A stretch of DNA of 64,000 nt, taken from NCBI RefSeq assembly GCF_964204645.1, contig NC_134033.1, positions 10,362,655-10,426,654 of the forward strand, given 5' to 3'. The position numbers and the translations under genes were made by a program. The DNA comes from Tubulanus polymorphus (lineage: Eukaryota > Animalia > Nemertea). Numbering within the stretch: the first letter of the stretch is position 1; each line of letters opens with the position of its first letter. Below are positions 1-13,165 of this stretch, in pieces. The notes beneath the pieces are model-generated. The model searched no databases, was not told where the DNA came from, and was given only the letters and a program-made list of their open reading frames with translations.

Positions 1-86
1 TACGGAAAATTTTTGACTGCGTCTTATCCTGCCATTACGCTTTTTTAGAAATGATGATTCTGCCTGACTACAAAATTTTAACTTAC

Positions 87-1012
87 CTATATTCAGAACG
101 GGGACAGCCGTGTTTTGTAATACCATCACTTTGCATAGGGATAAACTCTGTCCGCTCGGAGTCAAAATGACGACGTATCTCCCGATTAGAATATCATAAC
201 AGTAATTACGAGTTTCGTCCGGGGATGTTATTCCCACATATTGGCAAAGTTCCCAACCCTCTCTATTTGAACTCGCCGCCGGTTCATCGGATACGTAAAT
301 CATGTAGTTTTTTGGAACTACAAAGAAAATTTTCAGATTTTGCCATAATAACAGACGAAGTTAAAAAAAGTAAAAGCAATTCGATCGAATATTTTTCTTT
401 CACAAAGATCTTTGAAAGTCCACCCCGTTATAATAATTGTGAATCGACCTCGGAACAAACGAATGAAGATTATTGTCTACAGTAGGGATCTAGGAATCAT
501 GCATGTAACCCGTATTGGGCTTGAAATCAAAGGAATTGAATATTTTAGATCCCTACGCACTGAAGTATTAGGGCTCTTAAAACGTTAAGTTATCATCCTA
601 AAATAACATAAGCCCATGAAACATGAATATTTTGATTTACTCACTTTCGCCGTTTGCGTTTAACAAAATCTGCACAGCATTTACCATCTGCCTTTTTCCA
701 AAATCAATTTGCCACCAACTCCCCGTATCTTCCTTCTCAGTCATCGAACAAGTCTCTCTGTCTGGATCTACTGCTTTAGAGGCGTCGCCATCACCAGCAG
801 TCGTACTCTGAACTGCTGGCTTCTTGTCCGTTAGGTTTATGACGGCTGAAAATTATGAAGAAGGTCTATTCAACATATAGAATGCTCACTGGAAACGAAA
901 TTATCTTCTTTTTTTCTTTTGAACACGTGTAGCCTACGTTGTACAGTCATATAACTTTACCTTCGTATGTCGCAAAATTTGCGGCGATCAACATAATCAA
1001 CAGGAGCAACAT
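87..1012 (-). CDS. Secreted F-type lectin (fucolectin/FTP-like) domain protein, 5' exons; gene continues off the left edge
   Basis: Exons 1012-961 (signal peptide MLLLLIMLIAANFATYE), 845-645 (NLTDKKPAVQSTT...ASKAVD...CSMT...SWWQIDFG) and 317-87 (C...IGRYVVI...LSLCKVMV). All have GT-AG boundaries and consistent phase 1, and the motifs match the F-type lectin pattern. Confidence 0.75.
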
Positions 1013-2099
1013 TATTCGGTCGTCTGACAGTTTCAGTAGAATCGTGTCGAATGAACAGTTAACCGTTTATCAATAATATCATCGAATGCATTCTTTCCAC
1101 CTGTACACCTGTACACCAGGTGCCCTCTTAATGCATCGACCCAAAAGTATACCGTTTTTATGCAGTCGAAGCCCCTAGAATATTTTCGTGTTCATAGAAT
1201 TATGACTTACTAGCTACATATTTTAAAAAAACTCGATAAGATAGCTTGTCCACTATTCAATGAGGTTTCAAACCTCAGGGGCATGCGCTTTGTATCATAA
1301 GCCAATCCGATGCTGTGAATTTGTCCGCCAATAGATTCCCTGCATTTGATGAGTGATCCAAGAAAAAAGAGAAATACGCAATTATGATCAGACGTGTACA
1401 TTAAGCACTGGTCGCCGCGAGCTGCATGATTCGAACAGCCACTGTGTTCAATGATTACAGACCTAGAACTCCGGTCGTTTTTTGTTGACAACTAGCCTAT
1501 ATATGATATAAATATGCTATGCTAACAGGATTCCATCACAGGTAGCTGCGCCCAGAGATTCACTGCAAGACATGCACTAGGCCTTAGTCCAATCTGTAGG
1601 CCCACTGATTCAATGAGTTTCATGGCGGCCATCTTGGATTCCATCTTTTTTAGTATATTTTGCATGTGGATTGTAGAATTTTTAGAATGTCAAGATTGCA
1701 TAGAGTTCGAATTCAAAATATTTTCACGGATTTTATTCAGTAGGTTGCAGTTAAGAATAGAATGTAATTCATCGCTTAAAAGATTACAAGCGGAAAAGCG
1801 TCTATCATTTCTATCTAACTGAAGGTTTGATAATTCATTTACAGGCAAAGGATGAGACCCAATTCTAAATTCGAAAAAACCTGCGTAGTTCTTAATCCTC
1901 GTCGAGTTCACTAATATGCCTTTCTAATTTGATATCATTTTTGCATTGCCTATAATGTATATCGCGCGGATTAGCAGCAATCGTGGAAACGGTATTTTTT
2001 GCATGTTGGTCACGATGAATCTGTTCGATTCGCCTTGAGAAGGTCCTACCGTTCGCAATAAATTTATGTGTCCAAATATGAGATAAACCGCAATCATCA

Positions 2100-2760
2100 A
2101 AGGAAATCTTTATAGATACGTAATAACCAATGACTCTTATGTCTATCGTTTAGATTGAAATATATCTTGTAAAGGATTGAGTTTAGTTTTTAGTTTCCTT
2201 TCCCGCGATACAGTTTTATCCAAAAATTAATGATTCTACGTTTGACGTTTATACATAAAGAATAACCTATTAGTTCTGGTAACACTTGCAAATCACGAGA
2301 ATATTTTGCCACTTTCATTAAAACTTTGCAGTACAATAAGTGGTGATTCTCTGATAAATCAAGATTTTCATACCCCCAATCCTCGCACCCATACATAGCG
2401 ATAGGAGTGACACACGAATAGCTGAGTTTGACAACATCTACCATACTAGAAGTTTTAAACGCCTGACTTTTTGAACGATCGAAAACATAGCTCTCTTTGC
2501 TTTATGATAAAGGTATTTTCTTGCTTTAGTAAAGCTACTTCCAATTAAATTAAAGATATGCATAATCCTCAGCTACCTCTAGCTCTTGTTTGCCAAACAG
2601 GAATTTCGAAATTTGTTTTATCCTGATTTTCTAGACTAATAGTTTAGTTTTGTGGGCGTTCACAGTTGGGCCATAAATTGCAAAATAATCAAATAAAGTA
2701 TGTAATTGTAACTGACTTTCTCATCCTCAGCGAGAATAACTGTATTCTATTTTTTCTTTA
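2100..2760 (-). mobile_element. Decayed non-LTR retrotransposon (LINE) ORF2 3' fragment; boundaries approximate
   Basis: ORF 2190-2444 (PIAMYGCEDWG...ELIGYSLCINVKRRIINFWIKL) resembles the post-RT region of LINE ORF2; flanking frames are broken. Confidence 0.6.
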
Positions 2761-4597
2761 TTAACAATATATGTTGAATAGGCCTAGTTGATTAACAATA
2801 TGGAGAGGGACACCAAGCAAGCTTTAAAGCTGTACACAGCTGCAAGTGTGCTGTGGCGAGGCGCCCCCTTTACCATGCGTTTAATGATGAATACATTCAA
2901 TAAGTATCAAGCCCCTGATTACGGTTCGAATTCAGATTTTCTATAACGGATCACCATCAGCGGCGCCATCTAAATGGTTGTCAGAAGAAACTATGCAATG
3001 TGAAAATTCATTTAAACTACACTTTTCAATCAATTATATTTCAGTAATCGGTCATTAGAGTTAAAATTTCAAGAATAATTATTATGTGTCTATGTAACAT
3101 TAACCATCGTTAAAAACAAAAGATTTTAGAATACAGTCGATCTTTTAATTCATCTATCTTATATACGTGCGCCTTATAAACAAAATTTCTGCAGATAAAT
3201 ATGATGGTTCCCAATAAAATCTATATTGTATATGTACCTTAGTAAAGATATACAGGTGTTGAATGAATATGGATTATTTTGGGCTCACTTAGTAAGTTAA
3301 GTGTTTCAGAGCACTCCTGATCAATAAATGATCCAGTCGATCATTTAGGATGGTTAGATATTGTTTTACTAAGTTAAAAAAAACCCACGAGTACAATACA
3401 TAATTTGAAAAGATTAAAAGCGAATTTTATTCATCCGAAATTTCAAACCAAATGCCACGACGTTTCGAACTCACTATAGAGATTATCGAAGAGGAAAGAT
3501 AGCAATTCAGGGAGAGCTTGTTTTTTCTATCAAACGCACGTATTTTCAATTTGTGAAGTCTTTGTGTACGGTTTTTTCTTTTTTTTCCATCAACGTTTGT
3601 AGTTATATTGTCGTAGACTTATTGCCCCTTCCCCTTACTCGGTGAGAACGTAGAAACTGGGAACAGCGACACTGTTGTTCATTTCTCGATCCCTGAAGTG
3701 TTCAATACGTATGTACGTATTTTTGAGATATTGTTCCTTTCTTAGTTGATCTGCGGTCGTGGTCTACTATCGCGTAATTTCATCCAGGATCCACTGGCTT
3801 GCTTGTCAAACAATATTTCGGACTCTCAATTTAACTCTTAACTGTGTATATATGACTGAGGCACAAATGGTTGATTCTATTAGTAGGCCGATTATTAATA
3901 TTCATCTACTTCAATAATGAAAATTTGTTTTATTCATTCAACAAGGCTTAAGTCGTACCCGGCCTGCTCGCCCGGTCGGATATCGATTTCACAATTGTTA
4001 CGAATTTAATGTTGAGATCGCTTAGCGTCAGGTCATCATCACTGAATCCTCTGAGCAATTTCGGTATCCTGAGGAGCCCCCGTGTTCAATACAGGCATAA
4101 AACTCCGGTCGTGTTCAATACAGGCATAGACCTCCGGGCGTTTTTTTAGCCCATGTAACAGAATACCATAGGAGGGAGCTGCGCCATAGGTGGACTTCCG
4201 GCCCGGAGATTCACTGCATACATATGGAAGAATAGATTGCTTTTTTGGCGAGGAAATAGGCAAACAATAATCAGTCATCTCTTCGTGGTTGTCTGATGAT
4301 ACTGTCCGGTCTCTCCGGTGGGGGAAATTCTAAATAAACCGCTTCACTAGTTTCATACGACACCCAACCGCAAAGTCTGGCAGGTTCACGTGACCCGGTG
4401 TACGCCGCCAGTTCGCCTTAAAAATTCAACTTGTTACTGATAAAACCAACGCAATAAATCTTGTGATCTGAGAAAATTGAAATAGATGTACACAAAATTA
4501 ATGACGGCTCGAACGGGTTGAAATAAATATAGTGCTGAAAGAACATGTCAATTGTGTAGTAATGGGATTGGGGACGAATTTCGCTACCCTTTTTACT

Positions 4598-4857
4598 CAG
4601 GCGCGGATCCAGAGCGAAGGTTTTAGGGGTCGTCACCCCCCCCCCCCTGCTCAGCTATCAAAAAGTTTTTTTCAATCGTTTTCTTGAATTAATGTACTCA
4701 AGACAAAGCGGGTGAACAGTATTACATAATCGGTACCATACCATCTTATGTTTGGCCAAACGATATGCCGTATTGGCCCCTATCAGATATTTTAGTCGGT
4801 TGTTTAACATTATCATTCTTTATGAACCCCTCCTGGAAAAAATCAGATCCGCGCCTG
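4598..4857. mobile_element. MITE with CAGGCGCGGATC terminal inverted repeats (hAT-like ends)
   Basis: CAGGCGCGGATC at 4598 and GATCCGCGCCTG ending at 4857; no clear TSD. Similar CAG-ended TIR elements lie at 22321-22571 and 22863-23076. Confidence 0.5.
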
Positions 4858-5594
4858 CAACTGTTCACATTCAAATGATAGTAGGGTATTATATCTGGAC
4901 GGAAGATCTTATACGAACCCCAACCTTTTCAAACATAAATCATTAATGCAAACCAAAGGCAGAACCGAACTTCGCAAACTGTGTATTTTCATTGGTTGAA
5001 TTATGGGGTTTTTCACTTGATTCCCTAAAAATAGCTCGCATATAGATTAATATTCAATTAGGTATCTACCTACTTTACGTCGTATAACGTATTTATTCCT
5101 ATGTACCGTATATATCACTCAAATTGTCTTTGTACTAAGACCAAGAGTTTATTAAATAGAGTAAAGTGAAGTAAAGTTAGTGAAATGACCCACTTCGCTT
5201 TATTTGAGTATTGTTTAGTATCGAATGAGTGGTTTAAGTGTGAACTCGCATTCTAATTAGGCACGGGCCAAATTTGGCCCGGGCCTAATCGTCTCCGTTT
5301 GATCGCGGCTTTATGCTGCCAATCCAAACAAAAATTATCAAACGAGTCATCCGGATAGATTTGAGATTGGCCTTCTCGATCAATCTTTGATATAGATTTT
5401 ACTTAAAATTGATAAACTACGTAATGAGAAAGGTTGACTCGAATATGAAATATAGAAATTGAAGGCGTGGTAACCCGACCCTGGTAACCCAGCGTCACAG
5501 CGATCCTCTGATGGATTTTAACTGAATCCTTGCTTGCCACTTTACCGTTGCCAATTTCCCATTCCTGTTATTTGGGGCTCTAAAAAAACTTGCC

Positions 5595-5751
5595 TCCTTC
5601 ACACATTTCAAAACAGTAATCAGTAGCTTGTTCACGTGGTTGTCCGCCCTCCTCACACGGTCGACCCTCTTAATCGTTACACGTTCGTTCTTTTTTCCGA
5701 GTCCGCATTCTACACTACAACTACTCCATTCCGACCACTCGCCATACAAAC
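5595..5751 (-). pseudogene. Thrombospondin type-1 repeat exon, disrupted
   Basis: After a CAG acceptor it reads YGEWSEWSSCSVECGLG; the expected continuation KERTCND*EGRPC...DYCFEMC lies in a shifted frame and contains a stop. Confidence 0.6.
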
Positions 5752-8595
5752 CTGAACAAACGCATACGAATTAAAATCCTGAACTGCTCAATGATTATCT
5801 GTATATCGACACGAAACTATGTACCAAATAGTGTCGACGTGGAGAAGAAATTGGGCCTTGAAATTTTGTGTCAGTCAGTCATTGTAAAAACTAATGCAAC
5901 GGGAATAAACGGGTGTGAAAATATTCAAAGACGGGGCCAAACACGGTGTCAGCTAATCAGATAGCAGGAATTCTAATTATAAACTCTCACTGCATCAAAA
6001 CATTGTAAGAGTGCCATTCCCATATGCAATCACAATGGCCCAAGAGTTCGAATCCCGCGTAGCTCCACACATATTTTGTTCACCTCCGATACGAAGTTAC
6101 CGGTCTCCATGGGTACAGGTCATCAAAGCCCATGCGGTCTCCACGGGCATGGACATATAGATTTTAAATGGCCCGAATGAATTCCATTACCAATAAATTG
6201 AGTAGTTTGAAATTCTGGGCCAATGTAAATCACCCCCGGGTATAATTCTAGTATATGTATAATAGGGGCTGTTGAAAGATTACCTAACGCGTATGGGGTT
6301 AGCAGTAGGGGTGTTAAAAAGTTTGTTAAAGCAGGTTAAAGATTGTTACAAAGGGGCCTGAGGGGGTTGTTTGGTGTATCACCATCTGTTACATTACAAA
6401 CTGTTGGAATTTCTCGGTAGATGAATCGCGAATCACCTTTTTGGCGTAAAACCAGGACAGGAGTGAAGATGGGTAATTTTCTAATGATAATGCTCTGTCT
6501 AACTCAGGAACTGTTAAACATTGAATACAACATCAACATAACTCATAAAGAATCAAAAGTTTAAGTTCCAAACTGTTACGTGGTAAAGAATTTAGCAAAA
6601 ATTTCGGGGATGTGACATTATCGTATTGTTATTTTAATCTTTATCGTAATTGGATTATTAGGTAATGTAATAATATAAAAGCGACTCTGCTGGGGCCAAA
6701 TTGGCACCGATCAGGCCCGAGTTGTCAAATTTTACCCGTGCCTAAACAGAGAGCGCGCTCACACGCAAATCACCAAATCGATACTAAAAAATGCTCGAAC
6801 AAAGCGAAGTTAATCATTTCCAAACTTAAGCACCGGACAAGATGATTGCGTTTGAATTGTTACAGGTTCCGGAATTGACTCACTTCGTTTTGCTTTAGCA
6901 TTGTTTAGTATCGAGTGAGTGGCACGGGGCAAATTTGGCTCGAGCCCTCTCCCGTGCCAATTTAGCCAGGGCCAAATCGTCTCCGTGTGATCGCAGCCTA
7001 CCCCCCCCCCCCCTATCGCCAATCTCTCTCGTTCCTCCTCACAGCCCGTACTTACCTAATGGGAACTGCGCCGAAACGTTTTTCGTTGATACGAAAACGA
7101 ACGTAAAGAAAAGTAACACATTTCTACTGAAATATAAAATCCCAACAGTGCTGTAGAGGCGGACTACGTCTGTTAAGTGTCCGGTCTGCGTGGCGTTTGT
7201 ATTTAGTGATGTGATATGACGTGTAAGGAATTGCAATCGTGTTACCACCACCAGACACCACGCGATGATTGATTCGAATAACCACATTGTTGACCGGTAA
7301 ATTAAAATCAAACTTGACCAAACAATTTGAAATATAGATTTTGAACGATTATGAAATACGCGGCCATAACCGTTGACAAAAATCGGATAATTATATTATA
7401 CTGTTTCATTGTCAATAAGTGTATATGTAAATCTTGCAACTAATTTTATTGCTAAAATAATATAAATACAATATTCATTTTGCCATGTGTATATGCAGTT
7501 AAATTATACTGACAATTTACCACGGCCGGATGCTTGGAAAGCCAATAAAGGCTGTGTCCCGTAGGGGTCCAAGCACCCAGAAGAAAAAACATGAAAATCT
7601 AATGAAATTTGAGCAGAATGAAAAATGATGCTGACAAAATGGGAACGCGAAATGGGAGTAGTCCGTCTGCTGTAGAAGTTTTAGATCCTCCGGTTTGATT
7701 GACTAATTTCAAAGGATCGTTATTCGTATTTTTTTTACTTTAAGTGACTTGAGATCAGAATTAGATTTGGGTTCAATGATCATTTTTATACCGACATAAT
7801 TGACGTGAAATTTGATGATGTTGATGACAGACGGCGTGTTTCAGCTGTCTCATACTTTAAGCCTATCGTAATGGACCAATTAGTATTGTTATCCTGCAAT
7901 ATAATGACAAAAGAAAATGCGATTTTTGGAAGTTTTTTTTCGAGTTTGTAACTCAGAATAAACTAGTTTTCTCAGTTAAATGCGATTTTCGAAGAAAACT
8001 AGTTCATTCCGAGTTACAAACTCGGAATTAACTTCGAAAATCGCATTTAACTGAGAAAACTAGTTTATTCCCAACTCGGAATTAACCTCGAAATTTTCTT
8101 TTAGTAGATATGTCCCCAAGACGCTTCCTTACACCACGAACCGTATTGTCTGATAATATAAGGATCGTCGAAAGGTAAACTCAAAATCAGTCGACCTTTT
8201 CTGGGAACAAAAAAGGTAACACACAGCCGACTTGTGTGATCCAACCGACCCATTTCGTAAGCTGGTGGGCACTCGGTAGATACAGATATAAGAATGATTG
8301 ATTGATCAAAGCATCTTCAAAATTTCCCTTGAAAATTTAAAAAAATGTGTAAAATGTGCTGGTTTCGGCAGTCAGCCATCTTGATTCTGATCAGGTCAGT
8401 TTCTGGGTACAGGATCACCGACGGGGCATTATTCCTGTTATATATGTGCACTATTGTGCCCATAATTTGCTCCGGCAAATAATTCGAACTCGGGTCGACA
8501 AGGCACTAGCCCAGTGACACTGCTACACCACCGAGGCAGCCAAAATACATTTGGAATGATTTACCTACACATAACCCTCAACCTAACCTTTATCC

Positions 8596-10240
8596 GTTTT
8601 CCCAGTGACATCAACTCCTATGTATACTCGTCCACTATAGAGTATTGGGAGGCAATGACTTTTCGCGGACGAATTTACATGGAGGCAAGAAAGAAAGAGA
8701 TAGGGGGAGGTGGGAGGGAGCCAAAAAAGCGGATCGTAAGTCAACACCCAGAGGGGAAACGTGAGGGTCTATCCAGCCACAACGTCCACCGAGTCTTCAG
8801 GCAAACTGTGTATTGTCAGATAATTACATTGGTGTCGCTGATGTCACTGAGAAACTATCCGTTTCCCCAGTGACATCAACTCCCCCTGTATACACAGGGG
8901 TTTGGCAATGGGCTTGGATTTTATTTCCGGGTTGTTGATACTCTCGCGAGAATGGCGCTAAATATGAACTGCGAATAAATTCAAAATATCACAGAAATAC
9001 CTCGTGTTGATGTTGTTTATTTATCCGCTATAAGGTTCCGATAAACAATTGGTCGTTATCGTTAAGGATCATCATCAGACGGTCGTCACACTTTACTATA
9101 TAAAATCACAAGGGATGAAACGCCTTCAGAGTTGTGCCAGCCAGAAAGTTGGGACAGTCACGTGACATTTTGATGATGTCATCACATTTAAAACTTTAAC
9201 ATGAAAAGTTAACATATTCACAGACCGATATCAAAGAGTCAGATTATGATTCATATGAAATTAATAACTTATAAAGAATAAATTATGATCAAATATTAAT
9301 CAAAATTAATTCATAGACAAAAATGCATTTGAATGTAAGTTATTCTCAAATATTTTTCGTATCATAGTTTCCATCTTAGATGCTTCAGGGAGGGAGGGAG
9401 GGAGGGAGGGAGAGGGAGAGGGAGAGGGAGGGAGAGGGAGAGGGAGGGAGAGGGAGGGAGGGAGAGGGAGAGGGAGAGGGAGGGAGAGGGAGAGGGAGAG
9501 GGAGAGGGAGAGGGAGGGAGGGAGAGGGAGAGGGAGAGGAAGAGGGAGAGGGAGAGGGAGAGGGAGAGGGAGAGGGAGAGGGAGAGGGAGAGGGAGAGGG
9601 AGAGGGAGAGGGAGAGGGAGAGGGAGAGGGAGAGGGAGAGGGAGAGGGAGAGGGAGAGGGGGAGGGGGAGAGGGAGAGAGAGAGGGGGGATGGGAAGACG
9701 TCTAGATATTTCCAAACAAGCTTATAGGCTTAACAGCAAACCTCTCTTCCCTAAACTTACAAAGTCATGAGAAAACTTGACTTGTGTATGTAAACGATAG
9801 ATATACAAATACAGGTCTAAACAATCAGGCAGCTGCTTCTTGATGGTAGACTACCACAGTGCATGTTCAACCTGGGGCAATTTAGTGCACATGCAGTGGA
9901 TCAGATAATAATGATAAAAGCTAACTATAATACAAGTGTATAGCAGCCCGAGATATCTCAATAATAACAATAATAAAATGTGAGTGTAAAAATGTAAAAT
10001 TTGTGAGCAGTATTCGCTGTTAATAATAAGACATACTAAAACTAAAACCAAACTACGTGTAATACATTCTAGACAAAAATGTTACCGGCCTCGCTAGCCA
10101 TATACTTAGCTAGCACAACCATTAACCCTTTAGCCATTGCTTGCCACAAAATTTTTTCTGTCCAACATCACTAGTTGGCAAAAAATCTTTACAGCCCAAC
10201 CTCACTAGTTGGTGCAAAATCTTTTCTGTCACTGAGAAAC
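8596..10240. mobile_element. Two tandem TIR elements (8596-8855 and 8861-10240) sharing GTTTYCCCAGTGACA...TGTCACTGAGAAAC ends
   Basis: TIRs seen at 8596/8855 and 8861/10240. TATCC precedes both (8591-8595, 8856-8860). The whole block is absent from the homologous site in arm 2 (~58055-58062). Confidence 0.65.
9387..9690 (+). repeat. (GGGAGA)n polypurine tract
   Basis: Direct reading; about 300 bp of purine-only + strand. Confidence 0.97.
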
Positions 10241-10999
10241 AACCCAAACCCTCTGGACCATATAGATCTTTATTGAATGCATTATGAAATGAGATACAGT
10301 TTTGAATAAGTGAATTTGACGCGTCATTTGACGTGTCAAAAATTCTATTCTAATTTTGACAGTATTTCCATGCCATAGATAAGACAACGAATAATTCAAT
10401 CAATTAATTACAAAATTATTGCCCATATGGCAACCACACACTGGGGCTAGACGTAGCACGTAGTACAGGCAGAAGTTTCGGCACCATCATTTTCATTTTG
10501 ACTGCACCTTCCCCGCTTCAGAGCTGCCGCCGCAATGAGCTGTACAGTGAATCGACAGCGTCATGTAACGTATCGATCAGTTTATAGCGAGAACAACCAA
10601 CATTGGCAATAGAGAAATCTCTATACTGAGTCTATACTGACTGAGCATTCGTACGTGTAATTCATGTATCAAAGATCAGTGCAGTTTAAATACACGACGA
10701 TTAATAAAGTAGGTGATAACGTAATCAAGTGACCTACGTCCAGTCCAGCTGAGGTGAGTATATTATACGTTTTATCGCTCGATCTCAAGTCACTATAACA
10801 GTACCGGTATAGACCCGTGTTGTACGTACGTATTAAGTATTCATCGTTCTGATTGCTGATTGCGTCACTTTCATTTCTGTTCTTTGTGGGCGACATTTGT
10901 AATAGACAAAAATCTATAGCACTACGTACGTATACTGTGAACAATTGGATCGATGAATTTTGTAAATCGTAGGCCCTAGAATGTGATCATTCGATTCTT

Positions 11000-11238
11000 G
11001 AGGAGAGAATCCCACAATGATAATAAAAAGTCCGAAAATGAAACTTCGAGATAGTAGTTTATTCAACGTTTCGACTATATCCTAATAGTCATCTTCAGGA
11101 ATAATGGAAGATGACTATTAGGATATAGTCGAAACGTTGAATAAACTACTATCTCGAAGTTTCATTTTCGGACTTTTTATTATCATTGTGGGATTCTCTC
11201 CTCATCGCGTCAACACGGATATTGTGTTTTACCTATCG
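11000..11238. mobile_element. Penelope-like element remnant: inverted pseudo-LTR hairpin plus ~35-nt tail, 13-bp TSD
   Basis: Near-perfect ~100-bp-arm palindrome 11000-11203; TSD TCATTCGATTCTT at 10987-10999 and 11239-11251; empty site in arm 2 (~57050-57070); contains a minimal hammerhead. Confidence 0.75.
11060..11103 (-). ncRNA. Minimal type I hammerhead ribozyme
   Basis: Minus strand UAUUC-CUGAAGAU-GACUAU(uaggau)AUAGUC-GAAACGUU-GAAUA: stem I UAUUC/GAAUA, CUGANGA core, 6-bp stem II, GAAA, palindromic ACGU stem III, GUU cleavage triplet. Confidence 0.75.
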
Positions 11239-12218
11239 TCATTCGATTCTTAATTGCATGTGGAGAGTGCGTTTTGATATCCCAATTGTATTCATAGAAT
11301 ATGGGTTAAGGCGTAAATGTCCTTGTTGACACAATAATTAAGACTTGTAAAACCAAACTTGTACCTTACATTTTTAACGTCCACTCCAGTTTTATTTTGT
11401 ACTTATATATCATACTCGTAGGCTACGAATATTTACTTGCAACTGACATTTAGGAACTGCATATGCACCAATGCAGGGACAAGTAGAACACGCAGTGATA
11501 CGTTTAAGTAGGATCAGCAGAGAACGGTACCGACCAGCAGGGACCAGTAGGACCAGCAGTGATAAGTAGAAAACCATCAAGGATCAGTAGAACCAGCATT
11601 CTAAGGACCCGCGGATCGGGACCCGTAGGACCAGTTACCAGCAGGGATCAGGAATAACACGCTCGTACAGTATGTATTTTACTATGCTCAATACTAGTTG
11701 TTAGGCCATTCAAAATTGCTATTCAATTTCCAAGCACGAAAAATTGAAAAGAGATAACAACGCCGATTTATTGATGCGGATGGAAGTATAAAGTAACACA
11801 CTAGCGGGAGTGCTCATTTCACTTAACTAACCCGATTTTCGTAATCCCACAATAAATGAATTTATCTAAAATGCTAGAAATATTTCGGGTGGTTGCTACC
11901 ATTTTCTTCAGTCTAAGACTTGCCAAATAAGAACACAGTATGCGGGCGTATGTATACAAATATACATATATGAAATAAGATACGAAATAAGATTTTCTAT
12001 CCTCGCTTGCCAGGACGGTTTGATTTGCCGCCCACTGAAGCTCACGCCTGTATAAACCCTGGCCGCAAACCATTCATTGTTGTCTATTACATCGCCACAT
12101 TTTCTTGGGGGGGGGGGGACTGGTTCCAGCCCGGCGCCCACGGTCTGATTGGCTAGACTGTTGGGTGCCGCCGAGCGGGAACCTGTCCGCCCAAGGAATC
12201 GCGTGTGCGATGTTATAT

Positions 12219-12594
12219 AGCGCTTTTACGAAATTGAATCTGATTCGGTTTAGCTAAATCCGAAATTCGATGTCGGAAAACAAAAGGTTTAGTTAATCGA
12301 ATCGTTTTTCGTAAATGAGTCGAATCGATTCGACTCATTTACGATCATCATTAATAATAATAATTATTGATAGATGATGGTCTTAAGCCCGCGGTCGAAG
12401 AGGACGCCATGTTGGATTTCAATGACTAAATCGCCACTAACTTGCTCGCCGAGCAAGTTACGTCGATTTAATAAATCAATTTACTAAACCGCGTCCATAA
12501 ACGAGTTGATTTACCAAACCCGATTCACTAAACCGCGTGCCGTAAACGTGAAGCTTAAATCGATTTACAAAGATTCAGTTTCGTAAAAGCGCCT
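12219..12594. mobile_element. PIF/Harbinger-like MITE (TIR AGGCGCTTTTACGAAA), copy 1
   Basis: TIRs at both ends; highly similar to 56409-56815; the equivalent arm 2 site is empty. It is nested in an older element with ~100-bp inverted repeats (11998-12095 / 12595-12680). Confidence 0.7.
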
Positions 12595-13165
12595 ATAGAC
12601 CATTGAAGTGGTTGCGGCCAGGTTTTGTGTTGGCAGGAGCTTCAGCGGGCGGCAATCAAACCTTGGCAAGCAAGGATGATGATTTTTCTGACGCGCGCGG
12701 TGATGAGAAACACGGTTTCATTTGTTGAATAGTAATAGTGTAACTAATCTACTTACATATAAATATTTTGTCGGGGAATTGATATTAGATCGTGGTTTTC
12801 TAAGGTTTATATTCATTATTTATAGGTACTCGGTATGAACTCATGGCAGTGTGAACTTACCCGATAGCGTTATTCGATTAACATCGTCGGCTATTCAAAG
12901 TTTTCAGGATTACATGTATTTGAATTCAGTAGTGTTTATATCAATTTGTAACTGTACAATTCTGCAACGCTTATCAAAGTCTGAACATTCTATGATAAAA
13001 TCAGTTCATGTTATAACAACCGGATAATGTATGCAACGTTGCAGACATTCTCACACATCTAACAGAACATATCGTATTTATTTTCGATTTATTGTAGGAT
13101 CGGAGATTGTATTCTAAAAATCTCAACTCATTGATCATGAATTGATTCGCTGGTGGCCGGTAAGT

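Noticed and set aside
3452-3492. Third Penelope-type hammerhead on the minus strand
   Set aside because: GAAACGUC and part of stem II are present, but the CUGANGA core is destroyed, so it is not called as a ribozyme.
9362-9727. ORFs rich in LS/GE/RE, also at 27508-28185
   Set aside because: They are translations of GA-rich simple repeats with no other coding evidence.
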